Shown piece by piece: positions 43,090 to 53,033 of a DNA stretch of 64,000 nt. This stretch comes from an uncultured Methanosarcinales archaeon (lineage in GTDB: Archaea > Nanobdellota > Nanobdellia > Woesearchaeales > DSVV01). Position 1 is the stretch's first letter; the number at the start of each line of letters is the position of its first letter. The translations under genes were made by a program, and so were the position numbers. Where the stretch lies: assembly GCA_964593285.1 (NCBI GenBank), contig CAZQHZ010000003.1, positions 1-64,000 on the forward strand, read 5' to 3'. Below the pieces are notes generated by a model. The model was not told where the DNA came from. It searched no databases and saw only the letters and a program-made list of their open reading frames with translations.

Positions 43090-44835
43090 ATGTATAAAAA
43101 AATAAAAAATAATATAAAACAGAATTATAATGGCATTAAAACAAGTTTAAATGATGCATGTATTTATTTAGTTGAAAATGGAAAAGGATATGCAAGAAAT
43201 GGTGTTTTATCTTTATCAGTTTTAGCAACAGTTTTAGGAGGAAGTGTTGGATGTTCACCTGTAAAAACAAATCCACCTATGCATTATGAACAATCAGTTA
43301 GTGCAAATCAATTTATTGATCAACAAAAAGAACTACAAAAACAAAATGAAAATAATTATGTTAATGAAAAAAAAGATGAAACAGCAAAACAAAAGAAAGA
43401 TGATCAAAATATCGAACTTCAAAATTCTCTTGAAAATATTATTGTTAATAATTTTCAAAAACCAGAATATAATCCTAATGCATATAAAGAATTTTTAGAA
43501 AATTTAAATGATTTTTATAATTTAAATTTAAGTAGTAATCAATTAGAAAATGTTTCAACTTCTAAAAACTCAGAAGTTAATAATTTATTATTATCTTATG
43601 GTCCAAGCCTAGCATTACCTTCAGGGTTTAGTTTGTATGAAGAAAATGATGAATTAAAACCTGTAAATGTTGCTGATTTTATTAAAGATAATTTAACTAG
43701 TGATGAATTTAAAAAAATTGTTACACAAAACCAAAGTTATGATAGTAAAAATAAATTTGATGGTGGTTTTGTTTATATTGACCCAAAAACCGGTGAAACT
43801 ATTGGAATTCCTTCATCATATGGACCTGTAACTGATTTAACAAAAGAATCTGTAAAAAACTTTTTAGATGAGAAATTTGAAAATTTTGATTTTAATGAAA
43901 TTTTAACTTATAATGTTTTACAAAATAGTGGTTTAATTGGTAATATTAAAATGTATGTAGCTAATGCTAGAGATGAAAATAGCGGTATTGTCAGGCCATT
44001 TATTGATTTACAAAAAGATGGTTATGCTTTTTCGCCAATTCATATGGATAAAGAAACATTAGATGAAATTATAAAAAAATATTCACAGCAGGAACATATT
44101 AAAGATAATATGCAAATAAGTCATTTGTTAGATGATAATGCAAAACAGAGATTTTTAGCAGATATTGCAAGTTTTGCTATATTATATCAATATACAACTC
44201 CTTTGGTTGCAGGTTTTACAGCAATACCTAATTTAATGGATAGTTTAAATTATTCAAAAGTTTTAAATTTTGTAAAAAATAATCAAATTAATTTAGATGT
44301 TAAATTTTCAGAAGATAATATTGCAAATTTACTTGATTCTGTAAATTTGAATGTTTTACGACCAATTTATGATAAAGATGATAAATTAGTTGGTTTATCA
44401 GTAGCAGAATATTTTGGTTCAATTGGAAGAAAAGAAAATAATGATTTAGTTTTACTTGGTAAAAATGGTACTTATATCAGTGAAGGTGGAGCAATTATAG
44501 GTAATGAAAAGGTAAAAGGTAGTAAAATGATTGATAAGTATGCAATTACTGCTTGGAATACTGCTCTTGCGTACATAATGTATCAAATACATCTTGGTTT
44601 AAATGAAGAGAAGGAACAAAAGAAAGAAAAAGATGATCCAGAACCAACACCAGAGCCAACACCAGAGCCAACCTCACCACCAGAACCAACACCAGCACCT
44701 ACACCAGCACCTACACCAGCGCCAACACCAGCACCAACACCAGCGCCAACACCAGCACCAACACCAGCACCAACAGCACCACCACAGCCAACACCAGTAC
44801 CAACACCAGCACCAACAGCACCACCAGGTTTTTAA
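43090..44835 (+). CDS. Hypothetical exported/lipoprotein with Pro-Thr-rich C-terminal tail
   Basis: VLSLSVLATVLGGSVGC hydrophobic segment; (PTPA)n tail ending PPGF. Confidence 0.7.
   Translation: MYKKIKNNIKQNYNGIKTSLNDACIYLVENGKGYARNGVLSLSVLATVLGGSVGCSPVKTNPPMHYEQSVSANQFIDQQKELQKQNENNYVNEKKDETAKQKKDDQNIELQNSLENIIVNNFQKPEYNPNAYKEFLENLNDFYNLNLSSNQLENVSTSKNSEVNNLLLSYGPSLALPSGFSLYEENDELKPVNVADFIKDNLTSDEFKKIVTQNQSYDSKNKFDGGFVYIDPKTGETIGIPSSYGPVTDLTKESVKNFLDEKFENFDFNEILTYNVLQNSGLIGNIKMYVANARDENSGIVRPFIDLQKDGYAFSPIHMDKETLDEIIKKYSQQEHIKDNMQISHLLDDNAKQRFLADIASFAILYQYTTPLVAGFTAIPNLMDSLNYSKVLNFVKNNQINLDVKFSEDNIANLLDSVNLNVLRPIYDKDDKLVGLSVAEYFGSIGRKENNDLVLLGKNGTYISEGGAIIGNEKVKGSKMIDKYAITAWNTALAYIMYQIHLGLNEEKEQKKEKDDPEPTPEPTPEPTSPPEPTPAPTPAPTPAPTPAPTPAPTPAPTPAPTAPPQPTPVPTPAPTAPPGF
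44638..44826 (+). repeat. Coding 12-bp tandem repeat (CCAACACCAGCA-like)
   Basis: Directly visible; encodes PTPE/PTPA. Confidence 0.9.
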
Positions 44836-44897
44836 ATTTAATAAAATATATTCATAATCATTTTTAATATAAATAAATTTTAGGGGGTTTTAGAAAA

Positions 44898-47207
44898 ATG
44901 AAAAATAAATTTAAAATAATGTTAATAATAGCATTATCATTTGTATTAATGTTAAATATAGCATATGCAAGTTCCGGAATAACACATACTCATTATTTTT
45001 TTGATGAACAAACTAATTCACAAATACATAATGTAGATGGTTTTTTATATGATTGTATAGATGATGATTGTACAAATTTGGGATCTGAAGTGTTTCATCA
45101 TAATTCAGATGCAACTAATGTAATTAGTTTTGAATACCCAAGTGTTCCTTCATCAACTTATGAAAATCCAGTTTATTATTATAGGTTCTTTTTGAAGGAA
45201 TGTTATTTACCAATGGGTGCACCATCAGGTGGGATTTATGATGTTGAAGATGAATATGAATTTGAACAAGATGTAAATTTTAAAAAAGCTTCATCTTGTC
45301 ATTCACCAATTGAATCATTTAATGTAACTAATGATAATTATGTAAATGAGCCTTTGGTTGTGAATGTTAGTTCAACTCTTGAAGCTGTTGCATATAGTTA
45401 TTTTTTAGAATTAGGTTATGATAAAATTCCACCTGGATATGAAGAGCATTTTTCAGTTCAAACTACAGTTACTCTTGAAATTTTAAAAGATGGAGATGTT
45501 GTTCATACAGATTCAGAAGATTTTTATATTTTTGCAGGAGATTATGAAAATGTAACATTTTCATGGACTCCAGCAGAAGAAGGAGATTATGTTGCTAGAG
45601 TTAAAACAGATATTTTAGATTGTCAATGTGATAGTTCATTTGAAAGGTCTTCAAGTAAAGATTTTAATGTATTTGAAGAAAGGCCAAATAATGAATGTTA
45701 TACATTACTTCAAAATTTAGAAGCTACACCATTATATCCAACCGCTGGATCTACAATAAATGTTAGTTTTGATAAAATTAGTAATTATGCAGATTCAAGT
45801 TTTGTTAAAACACCTGTTGATACATTAATAAATTATCAAATTACTGATAGTAGTAATAATGTTGTTGAGAATGGTGATTTTGTGTTGTCTGCAAATCAAG
45901 ATGGATTAAATTATGAAAATCATTTATTTAATTGGGTTTCAACACAAGGTGGTGATTATAATATAAGAATTGAGGGTGTTGCTCAAAGTTCATTGTGTGA
46001 TGGTTTAAATAATTCAAATGATGTAATATCTTTGGGTTATCATATAATGGATGTTGAAAAATATTATGTTGATTTTACTGTTGTTGATTCAGTTACAAAT
46101 AATTCAATAGAAAATGCATTAGTTTCACTTGGTAGTGAGTCTGGCAATACAAATTCAAATGGTTTTGTTAATTTTTATGTAAATCCAGAAAATTATAGTT
46201 ATGATGTTACTGCATCAGAATATAATTCAAGTTCAGGGACAGTTAGTGTTGATGATAATGTAAGTATTTTAGTTGAATTAGTTAGTACTGAAGGTTATTA
46301 TACTGTTCAATTTAATGTAGTTGATGCATCAACTAATTTTCCAATTACAGATGCAGTTGTTGATTTAAATGGAACTACAATAAATACAAATTCAAATGGG
46401 GTTGCAATTTTTGATAATGTGTTACCTGGAAATTATGAATGGTCAATTTCAGCAAATAATTATTATGATTCACTTGGTAGTGTAATGGTTAATGATTCTG
46501 ATGTAACTTTAGATGTTACACTTCAGCGAAGACCATTTTTGGATACAATAATTGTTGATTTATTATATCCTGAGGGTGGAGAAGTTTTACAAGATACTGT
46601 TGAAGTTTTATGGGATGCAGAAAGCATGGACAATTCAGATTTATTAATAGATTTAGTTTATACTATTGATGAAGGTGAAACATGGAATTTTATTGCTGAA
46701 GATTTAGAAAATACAGGAAATTATTCGTGGAATACAAATAATTATCCAGATGTAGCAAATTATATTTTAAAGGTTGTAGCAAAAAATCCTGTTACTAATC
46801 TTTCAGCATATGATGAAAGTGATTTTTTTACTATTAATAATGTAGTAGTAGTTGAAGATGATGATGACAGTGAAGAATATTTAAGAGATGCTTTAAGTAT
46901 TGTTGGTATTGATTTTATAAATCCATACGGTGATGTTGTTAGTGCAGGTGATAGTTTAGTAATTAATATGGTTGTAAAAAATACCGGTGATACACGACTA
47001 AATGACTTGAAAATAGCGGCAGTTATGAATGATATTGCAGTAAGAGATTCAATAGGACCGTTTAATCTAAATAACGACTACGATACTATGAGGGCATTAT
47101 ACCTAGATATTCCAGAATATGTAGATCCTGGTGTTTATCCACTAAGAATTACAATATCTGGCGAAGACATTAGACGGGTAGTTTATAGGGATGTGATAGT
47201 AATTTAG
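44898..47207 (+). CDS. Secreted multi-Ig surface protein (carboxypeptidase-regulatory-like and CARDB-like domains)
   Basis: Signal peptide; 2x F.V.D..TN..I..A.V.L….TNSNG; YPEGGE…WNT; C-terminal KNTG…PGVY domain; no TM. Confidence 0.75.
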   Translation: MKNKFKIMLIIALSFVLMLNIAYASSGITHTHYFFDEQTNSQIHNVDGFLYDCIDDDCTNLGSEVFHHNSDATNVISFEYPSVPSSTYENPVYYYRFFLKECYLPMGAPSGGIYDVEDEYEFEQDVNFKKASSCHSPIESFNVTNDNYVNEPLVVNVSSTLEAVAYSYFLELGYDKIPPGYEEHFSVQTTVTLEILKDGDVVHTDSEDFYIFAGDYENVTFSWTPAEEGDYVARVKTDILDCQCDSSFERSSSKDFNVFEERPNNECYTLLQNLEATPLYPTAGSTINVSFDKISNYADSSFVKTPVDTLINYQITDSSNNVVENGDFVLSANQDGLNYENHLFNWVSTQGGDYNIRIEGVAQSSLCDGLNNSNDVISLGYHIMDVEKYYVDFTVVDSVTNNSIENALVSLGSESGNTNSNGFVNFYVNPENYSYDVTASEYNSSSGTVSVDDNVSILVELVSTEGYYTVQFNVVDASTNFPITDAVVDLNGTTINTNSNGVAIFDNVLPGNYEWSISANNYYDSLGSVMVNDSDVTLDVTLQRRPFLDTIIVDLLYPEGGEVLQDTVEVLWDAESMDNSDLLIDLVYTIDEGETWNFIAEDLENTGNYSWNTNNYPDVANYILKVVAKNPVTNLSAYDESDFFTINNVVVVEDDDDSEEYLRDALSIVGIDFINPYGDVVSAGDSLVINMVVKNTGDTRLNDLKIAAVMNDIAVRDSIGPFNLNNDYDTMRALYLDIPEYVDPGVYPLRITISGEDIRRVVYRDVIVI

Positions 47208-47215
47208 AGTAAAAC

Positions 47216-47276
47216 ACTACTGTAGAAGGAGTAAATGTTTCGAAACATTTAAATAATAGTACCACACTACAGTTGT
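47216..47276 (+). promoter_or_regulatory. Promoter embedded in a perfect 20-bp palindrome with flanking inverted repeats
   Basis: TAAATGTTTCGAAACATTTA at 47232-47251 overlaps BRE/TATA; ACTGTAG and CTACAGT lie on either side. Confidence 0.6.
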
Positions 47277-47326
47277 AAATTTGTCTAATCTCATAATGAA
47301 ATTAGAATAATAGGGGGTTAATAAAA

Positions 47327-48613
47327 ATGAAGATGAGAAACATTTTGAGTATTTTTTTGTTTTTGTTAGTAGGTTTAGTTGCAATGAATGTTGCATCAGC
47401 TGTTCCTGCAACAATAGATTGGGTTAAAGTTAATGGAGACACACTTGATCCATCAAATACTAATTCCATATATGCTATGGATAGAAATAATGAACTTGAC
47501 ATAACTGTTCAAGTTACTGCAACAGCAGATGTAAAAAACGTACAAATTGAAGGCGTTCTTAGAGGGTATGATTTTGATGATCAAATTCAAGATTTAACAC
47601 GTGTTAGAGACATGACTGAAAATAGAACATATAGAGAATCATTAAAATTAGATTTACCAACAAGGATGGATAAAGATTTGTATAAATTGAGAATTAGAGT
47701 AGAAGATAGATATGGAGATACAACACAATTAACATATGATTTAGAAATTGAAAATCAAAGACATGATGTACAAATTTTAGATGTTGTATTTAGTCCTTCA
47801 AATGAAGTTATTTCAGGAAGAGCTCTTTTATCTTTAATGAGAATTAAAAACTATGGTATGATTAAGCAGACAGATGGTGTAAAAGTTTCTGTTAATATTC
47901 CAGATCTTGGAGTTACTGCTGCTGGTTATGTTGATAGTTTAAGAGAAGATCAAGCTGTTACAACCGAAGAACTTTATTTAAGAATTCCAAAATGCACTCC
48001 TGCAGGAGTATATGATGCTGTTTTTACTTTAGAGTATCATGCATTTACTGAAAAAGAAACAGTAACAAAACAGATTAAAGTTATTGAAGATGAAACTTGT
48101 GTTACTGATGAAGAGGAAGAATCTGATAAAACAGTAATTGCAGTTGGTCCAACTAATCAAGATGTAGTAATTGGAGATGCTGGAGTTATTTATCCTTTAA
48201 CAATTACTAACACAGGAAAAACATCAAAAACATATGTTGTTACTGCAGAAGGCTATGAGAATTTTGGAACTGTTGAAGTAAGTCCAGAAAACATTGTTGT
48301 TTTAGATGCTGGTGAAGCAAAAGCATTATATGTTTATGTTTCAGCTAAAGAAGATGCAACAGTTGGAGAACAAATGTTTAGTTTAACTATACAGTCTGGT
48401 TCAGAAAAATTAAAGGAAATGACATTAAAAGCTAATGTAGTTGAAGGAGAATCTGATCAAAAATTAGATTTGAGAAACCTTTTATTAATTGGTTTGTTAA
48501 TCCTTGTAATTTTGCTTGTTATCTTAGGACTTATTATTGGTTTTAGTAAATTAAAAAACAATGATAGAGAATTTGATGATGATGAGTCTGAATCAAAGGA
48601 GACATATTATTAA
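47327..48613 (+). CDS. Putative S-layer protein (three Ig/CARDB-like domains, C-terminal TM)
   Basis: Signal peptide (VASA-V), Ig motifs KNYG and TNTG, TM, acidic tail ending TYY, own promoter. Confidence 0.7.
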   Translation: MKMRNILSIFLFLLVGLVAMNVASAVPATIDWVKVNGDTLDPSNTNSIYAMDRNNELDITVQVTATADVKNVQIEGVLRGYDFDDQIQDLTRVRDMTENRTYRESLKLDLPTRMDKDLYKLRIRVEDRYGDTTQLTYDLEIENQRHDVQILDVVFSPSNEVISGRALLSLMRIKNYGMIKQTDGVKVSVNIPDLGVTAAGYVDSLREDQAVTTEELYLRIPKCTPAGVYDAVFTLEYHAFTEKETVTKQIKVIEDETCVTDEEEESDKTVIAVGPTNQDVVIGDAGVIYPLTITNTGKTSKTYVVTAEGYENFGTVEVSPENIVVLDAGEAKALYVYVSAKEDATVGEQMFSLTIQSGSEKLKEMTLKANVVEGESDQKLDLRNLLLIGLLILVILLVILGLIIGFSKLKNNDREFDDDESESKETYY

Positions 48614-48736
48614 TTTTTTTATTTTTATTTTTTTATGTTCTTTTTCATATTGGTATATCAATAAAATAATATTAGAGGGATTAAAATAAAATTTTTAAAA
48701 AATTATTCAAAATTAATTGTTTTTTTAAGTATATTC

Positions 48737-50950
48737 TTGTTATTATTATCTTTTAGTTCTGCTAATGATTTTTTAGTTTTTACCGATAAAACTGATTTTG
48801 AAATGTGTAAAGGTGAAATTTATACAAATAAAATACTTATTAAAAGTAATATAGATGTTATTTCTTTTATTGATATTGAAAAAGGAATAAATAATGTTTT
48901 TGATTGGTCTTCTTTTTCTTTGACAAATACAATTATTGAACCACATCAAGAATTAGAAATATTTCAATTTTTTAATCCATCTTTTGATTTAAAGGATGGT
49001 TTATATGAAAATAATTTTTTTGTTAAAACAAATTCTGAAACATTTAATGTTAAACAAAATATAAATCTTAGGACTTGTAATAATGTTGGTGTTAGTGTTT
49101 ATCAAAATAGTTATTCAAATTGTGCATGTAAACCAACTTTATATTATGTAAATATTACAAATACTGCTGATAATTATGCGGATGTTTTTTCTATTTATAC
49201 AGATTTACCAGATGAATACTATAGTGTTTTAAATTCAGACATTTTGGTTGCACCAAAAGATACGAAAACTTTTGTTTTATCAGTAATATTGCCTTGTGAT
49301 AAAACAGATAGTTATGAATTTAATTTATTTGTAGAATCAAAATCAACAGATTATATTGCTAAAACACCTTTATTTTTAGATATTAGAGATGATTGTTATG
49401 ATTTTGATTTTAATTTAGGTTTACCTTCAATTATTTATGAAAATCAAACAGAATTTGAAGAATTTTCATATTATGAACATAATTATTTTGAATTTTGTAA
49501 AAATAATACTTATATGGTTCCATTTCAAATAAAAAATGTTGGTGAAGTAAATAATTCTTATAATGTAGAATTTAAAGGAAATGATTTTTTTAATTTGTAT
49601 TTTAATTCATCTAATCAAATTGAGCCTAATTCTTCAGTTTATGGTTCAATTATTTTTGATGTTTTTGATTCAAATTTAGGTTATTATAAATCAAATATTG
49701 AAATTATAACTAATGTTGGTTTTTATTCAAAAAATTATGTTATTGAAAAAAATCTTTTCGATTGTGATTATGAAGAAAATGATGAAAGTAAAAAATCAAT
49801 TAATAAATATTTATTTTATTTATTGGCATTGTTATTTTTATTATTAATAGTTCTGTTTGTTATTTATTATTTTTTTGTTAGAAAAAAAGAAAGTCCAAAA
49901 GAAGTAGTTGTTCAATCAAAATTAGAAAAAGTTAAAGATAATAAAGTTTATAGTAAGAAAGAAGTAATTAAAAAATCTGTAAAAAAAGAAAAAAAAAGTT
50001 ATTTTTGGATTATTTTTTTTATTGTTTTTATAGTTTTATTATTTGGTAGTTTAATTATTTTATTGTTTTTATTTTATTTAATTCCATTTAGTTCTACTTA
50101 TTATGTTTTAGATGAAACAGCTTTAAATGATTCAGATTTAATTGAAAATGAAACAGCAATAGCGCCACCTCCAGAATTTTCATCAAATATTTCAGGTGAT
50201 AATGAATCACTATTAGATGTTAATATTACAGAAAATGCTAGTGCGTATGTTTTAGTTGATAAAATGGATGATATTTCAAAAAAATCAAGTAATGTTATTA
50301 AAAATTTTTTTGGTAATAATTTTTTACTTATCCTTATAGGAATTATTTTATTTATTTTATTAATATTTTTTATAATTTTTTTAATTAAATATGAAAATAA
50401 TTTAAGTGTTAGTTATAAATTATTATTAATTATTTTATTATTTGTCATTTTTATTTTAATTTTTTTAATTGTTTATTTTTCATATTATAGCTTAGATAAA
50501 TCAAAAGATATTAGTGATAGTGATCAGTTATTATTGGATGAAGAAATTCAAGATATAAAAGAAAATTCAACAAATTATGTATGGCATAAAAATACTGTTA
50601 AAAAAATTGATTTAACAAATTTTATAAATGATTCAAATAAAGATCAAATAAATCTTTCTTTAGCTGAACAAATAGATAATTTAACTGTTGAATTTAATAA
50701 TTTAGAAATTGTTATTACTCCTGATAAGGATTGGTATGGAGAGAGGAATTTAGAATTAGTTGCTGAGAATGTAAAAGGTTTAAAAACTTATAATGATGAC
50801 ATTAATTTAGTTGTTTTAAATAAAGAGAAAAAAAATTTATTTTATGAATTTATTGTAAATAATTTAGTTTTACTTTTATTTATTTTTTTAATTATTTTTA
50901 TTGTTATTTTTTTAGTTGTTTTTAATTTTTCTTTAACTAAAAAAAAATAA
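48737..50950 (+). CDS. Multi-TM surface protein with Ig-like and cadherin-like domains
   Basis: Cys-linked Ig repeats, about 5 TM, IDL..F..D…ITPDKDWYG. Start uncertain. Confidence 0.65.
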   Translation: MLLLSFSSANDFLVFTDKTDFEMCKGEIYTNKILIKSNIDVISFIDIEKGINNVFDWSSFSLTNTIIEPHQELEIFQFFNPSFDLKDGLYENNFFVKTNSETFNVKQNINLRTCNNVGVSVYQNSYSNCACKPTLYYVNITNTADNYADVFSIYTDLPDEYYSVLNSDILVAPKDTKTFVLSVILPCDKTDSYEFNLFVESKSTDYIAKTPLFLDIRDDCYDFDFNLGLPSIIYENQTEFEEFSYYEHNYFEFCKNNTYMVPFQIKNVGEVNNSYNVEFKGNDFFNLYFNSSNQIEPNSSVYGSIIFDVFDSNLGYYKSNIEIITNVGFYSKNYVIEKNLFDCDYEENDESKKSINKYLFYLLALLFLLLIVLFVIYYFFVRKKESPKEVVVQSKLEKVKDNKVYSKKEVIKKSVKKEKKSYFWIIFFIVFIVLLFGSLIILLFLFYLIPFSSTYYVLDETALNDSDLIENETAIAPPPEFSSNISGDNESLLDVNITENASAYVLVDKMDDISKKSSNVIKNFFGNNFLLILIGIILFILLIFFIIFLIKYENNLSVSYKLLLIILLFVIFILIFLIVYFSYYSLDKSKDISDSDQLLLDEEIQDIKENSTNYVWHKNTVKKIDLTNFINDSNKDQINLSLAEQIDNLTVEFNNLEIVITPDKDWYGERNLELVAENVKGLKTYNDDINLVVLNKEKKNLFYEFIVNNLVLLLFIFLIIFIVIFLVVFNFSLTKKK

Positions 50951-51562
50951 TTATTTTTTAGTTTTTCTTTGTTTTGGATTTAATTTAGTATATCCAATCC
51001 AAATTAATACAATTAAAACAATTCCAAGTAATATGAATCTTAAAAAATCACTTGCTAATTGCCAATATCTAATTGTTCCATATATCATTATAAGAATACT
51101 TCCACTCATAATTCCAGAGCCAACACTTTCAACTTTTAGTAAAATGACACCAATAATTAATGTTAATAAACCAATTATTGTGGTTATAATAAATATATTT
51201 CTATTATAATTTTCTCTTTTATTTTGATATTCTTGACTGCAATAATGATTTATATCACACCTTCCATCATTTTTTTTAAGTTCATTGAGGTTACAATTTA
51301 AAATGATATTTGTATTGTTTTCTTCAATTTTATTGCATGTTAATTGGTTATTTATTCTTGGTTTTTCCTCATCATATGAAGTCCATTTTCCATTATTTTT
51401 AATGCATTCCTCTTGTGTTTGATACGTTTTAAAATCAGTATTATTACAAAAATCAGAATAATTTGGTGCTTTATAGAATGTACTTATACCAAATCCTACA
51501 AAAAAAGCAAATATTAGTGCAATAGCAATTGATAATAAAACTTGTTTTATTTTTGAGACCAT
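50951..51562 (-). CDS. Membrane protein with Cys-containing external loop
   Basis: 4 TM; CxxxxGKW loop. Confidence 0.7.
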   Translation of the reverse strand: MVSKIKQVLLSIAIALIFAFFVGFGISTFYKAPNYSDFCNNTDFKTYQTQEECIKNNGKWTSYDEEKPRINNQLTCNKIEENNTNIILNCNLNELKKNDGRCDINHYCSQEYQNKRENYNRNIFIITTIIGLLTLIIGVILLKVESVGSGIMSGSILIMIYGTIRYWQLASDFLRFILLGIVLIVLIWIGYTKLNPKQRKTKK

Positions 51563-51689
51563 TTTTTTAGTAATATTGATAGGCTTTATAAAATTAATGT
51601 TTTTATTGTTTTTTTTAATGTAATTATTTTTAAAAATAGTGTGTAATATCTTTTATAAAATTAATTTATAATTTTTTTAACGTATATTA

Positions 51690-51998
51690 TTAACATACTT
51701 CTTTACATTTATTATCTTGACAAACTACAGTTTTACACAAAACACAACCATAAATGCAATTGGAATCATAAGATTCAATTAATTTTGAAATCTTTTCAAC
51801 TTCGTTTTTATTTACATACACATAACATCCAAAAGGACATTTCCCTCCTATATCAACACAATCAGAATCAATTTCACAATAATTTGCTTTTTTTATTTCT
51901 GATTTAATTTTTGATGCATCATTTTTTTGAAAAGTAAAAAACAAAGTTATAATAATTATTAATATTGTAAAAATAATAATTGTAATTTTTTTATTCAT
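51690..51998 (-). CDS. Small Cys-rich exported protein
   Basis: N-terminal TM; CEIDSDC…CPFGC…C..GC..C….C….C. Confidence 0.7.
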   Translation of the reverse strand: MNKKITIIIFTILIIIITLFFTFQKNDASKIKSEIKKANYCEIDSDCVDIGGKCPFGCYVYVNKNEVEKISKLIESYDSNCIYGCVLCKTVVCQDNKCKEVC

Positions 51999-52148
51999 TT
52001 TTTTATTTATTTTTAATTAATATATAAATATGTTTATTTTAATAAAAAATTGCTAATAAAAATATAGTTTTTTTTAAATTTCAATAAATTTTAAATATTT
52101 ATATTGTATTACATATAAATAAATTAAGAATTTAGGAGGTGTTTTAAA

Positions 52149-52364
52149 ATGAGAATTGTAAAAGGAATTGCAAATTTGTCTGTAACCATTATTGCATCTT
52201 TAATTTTAATATTTTTAGGTATAATTTATTTTATGGTTACAATTTGGATGATAAAAATTGGTGCAGGATGGGCTGGATTTAGTAATTTAGATGGAAACTG
52301 GGTTATTTTAACTACTGGAATAGTAACAGGTGCTGCATTAATAGGCTCAGCTCTACAACATTAA
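52149..52364 (+). CDS. Small 2-TM membrane protein
   Basis: 71 aa hydrophobic; GGAGGT SD upstream. Confidence 0.7.
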   Translation: MRIVKGIANLSVTIIASLILIFLGIIYFMVTIWMIKIGAGWAGFSNLDGNWVILTTGIVTGAALIGSALQH

Positions 52365-52430
52365 TTTTTTATTTCATTTTTTTAAAAGTAATATTTTTTA
52401 AATGATTGTTTTTTCTTATTTTTTTAATCA

Positions 52431-52503
52431 GGACCTGTGGTCTAGTGGCTATGACATCGCCTTGACTTGGCGAGGATCGTCGGTTCAAATCCGGCCAGGT
52501 CCA
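52431..52503 (+). tRNA. tRNA-Val(GAC)
   Basis: Acceptor GGACCTG/CAGGTCC, anticodon arm TCGCC-TTGACTT-GGCGA, T arm GTCGG-TTCAAAT-CCGGC, discriminator A; CCA not encoded. Confidence 0.92.
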
Positions 52504-52560
52504 TTTTTTAGTAATTATTCTTTTTATTTTTTTAATTTTATTTATAATATTTTTATTTAT

Positions 52561-52735
52561 GTAAGTATAAAGTCTATATTTGAAAAAAGGCAATATCATA
52601 AGGTTAAAACTTTATTATAACAAAAGATATAGTTCGCTTGTGAGGGGATGCTTCATGTGGGAACGCAGAACCTTTAATAAAATCATAGAAAGTCTTGAAG
52701 ATATTGCCTTTTTTTATACCTGACTTTATACTTAC
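52561..52735. mobile_element. MITE, probably IS66-derived (175 bp)
   Basis: Perfect 14-bp TIR GTAAGTATAAAGTC/GACTTTATACTTAC, inner 15-bp IR AAAAAAGGCAATATC, and 8-bp direct repeat TTATTTAT at 52553-52560 and 52736-52743. Confidence 0.65.
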
Positions 52736-53033
52736 TTATTTATTAATACATATCTTTAAATACTTAAATTAGTTTTTTTAATTTGGTGATAAATTGTAAA
52801 AAAATTATAATAATTATGCTTGTTTTAATAATTTTTCATAAGAGTATAAATTGCAATTTAGTTTTATAAACTAATTATAATAAAAGGATTTTTGTAGTTT
52901 TCGAAGTTTATTTACTTAAGGTATGAATTTATTTAATAATTTTCATAAAGTTGAAAATTTATTAGTAGAATTTGTAAAATTTACGAATAAATGGACAATA
53001 AATATTTAATTTATTTTAATTTAATAAAATAAT

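Noticed and set aside
44603..44857. Gln/His-repeat 84-aa ORF
   Set aside because: Alternate frame of the PTPA tandem repeat.
52369..52620. Two short ORFs (76 and 72 aa)
   Set aside because: They overlap tRNA-Val and the MITE end; no coding signal.
52561..52735. Group I intron, retron msr-msd, RNase P or SRP RNA
   Set aside because: AAGATATAGT resembles a group I S element but no matching R/P7 partner was found; no RT nearby; RNase P and SRP signature motifs are absent.
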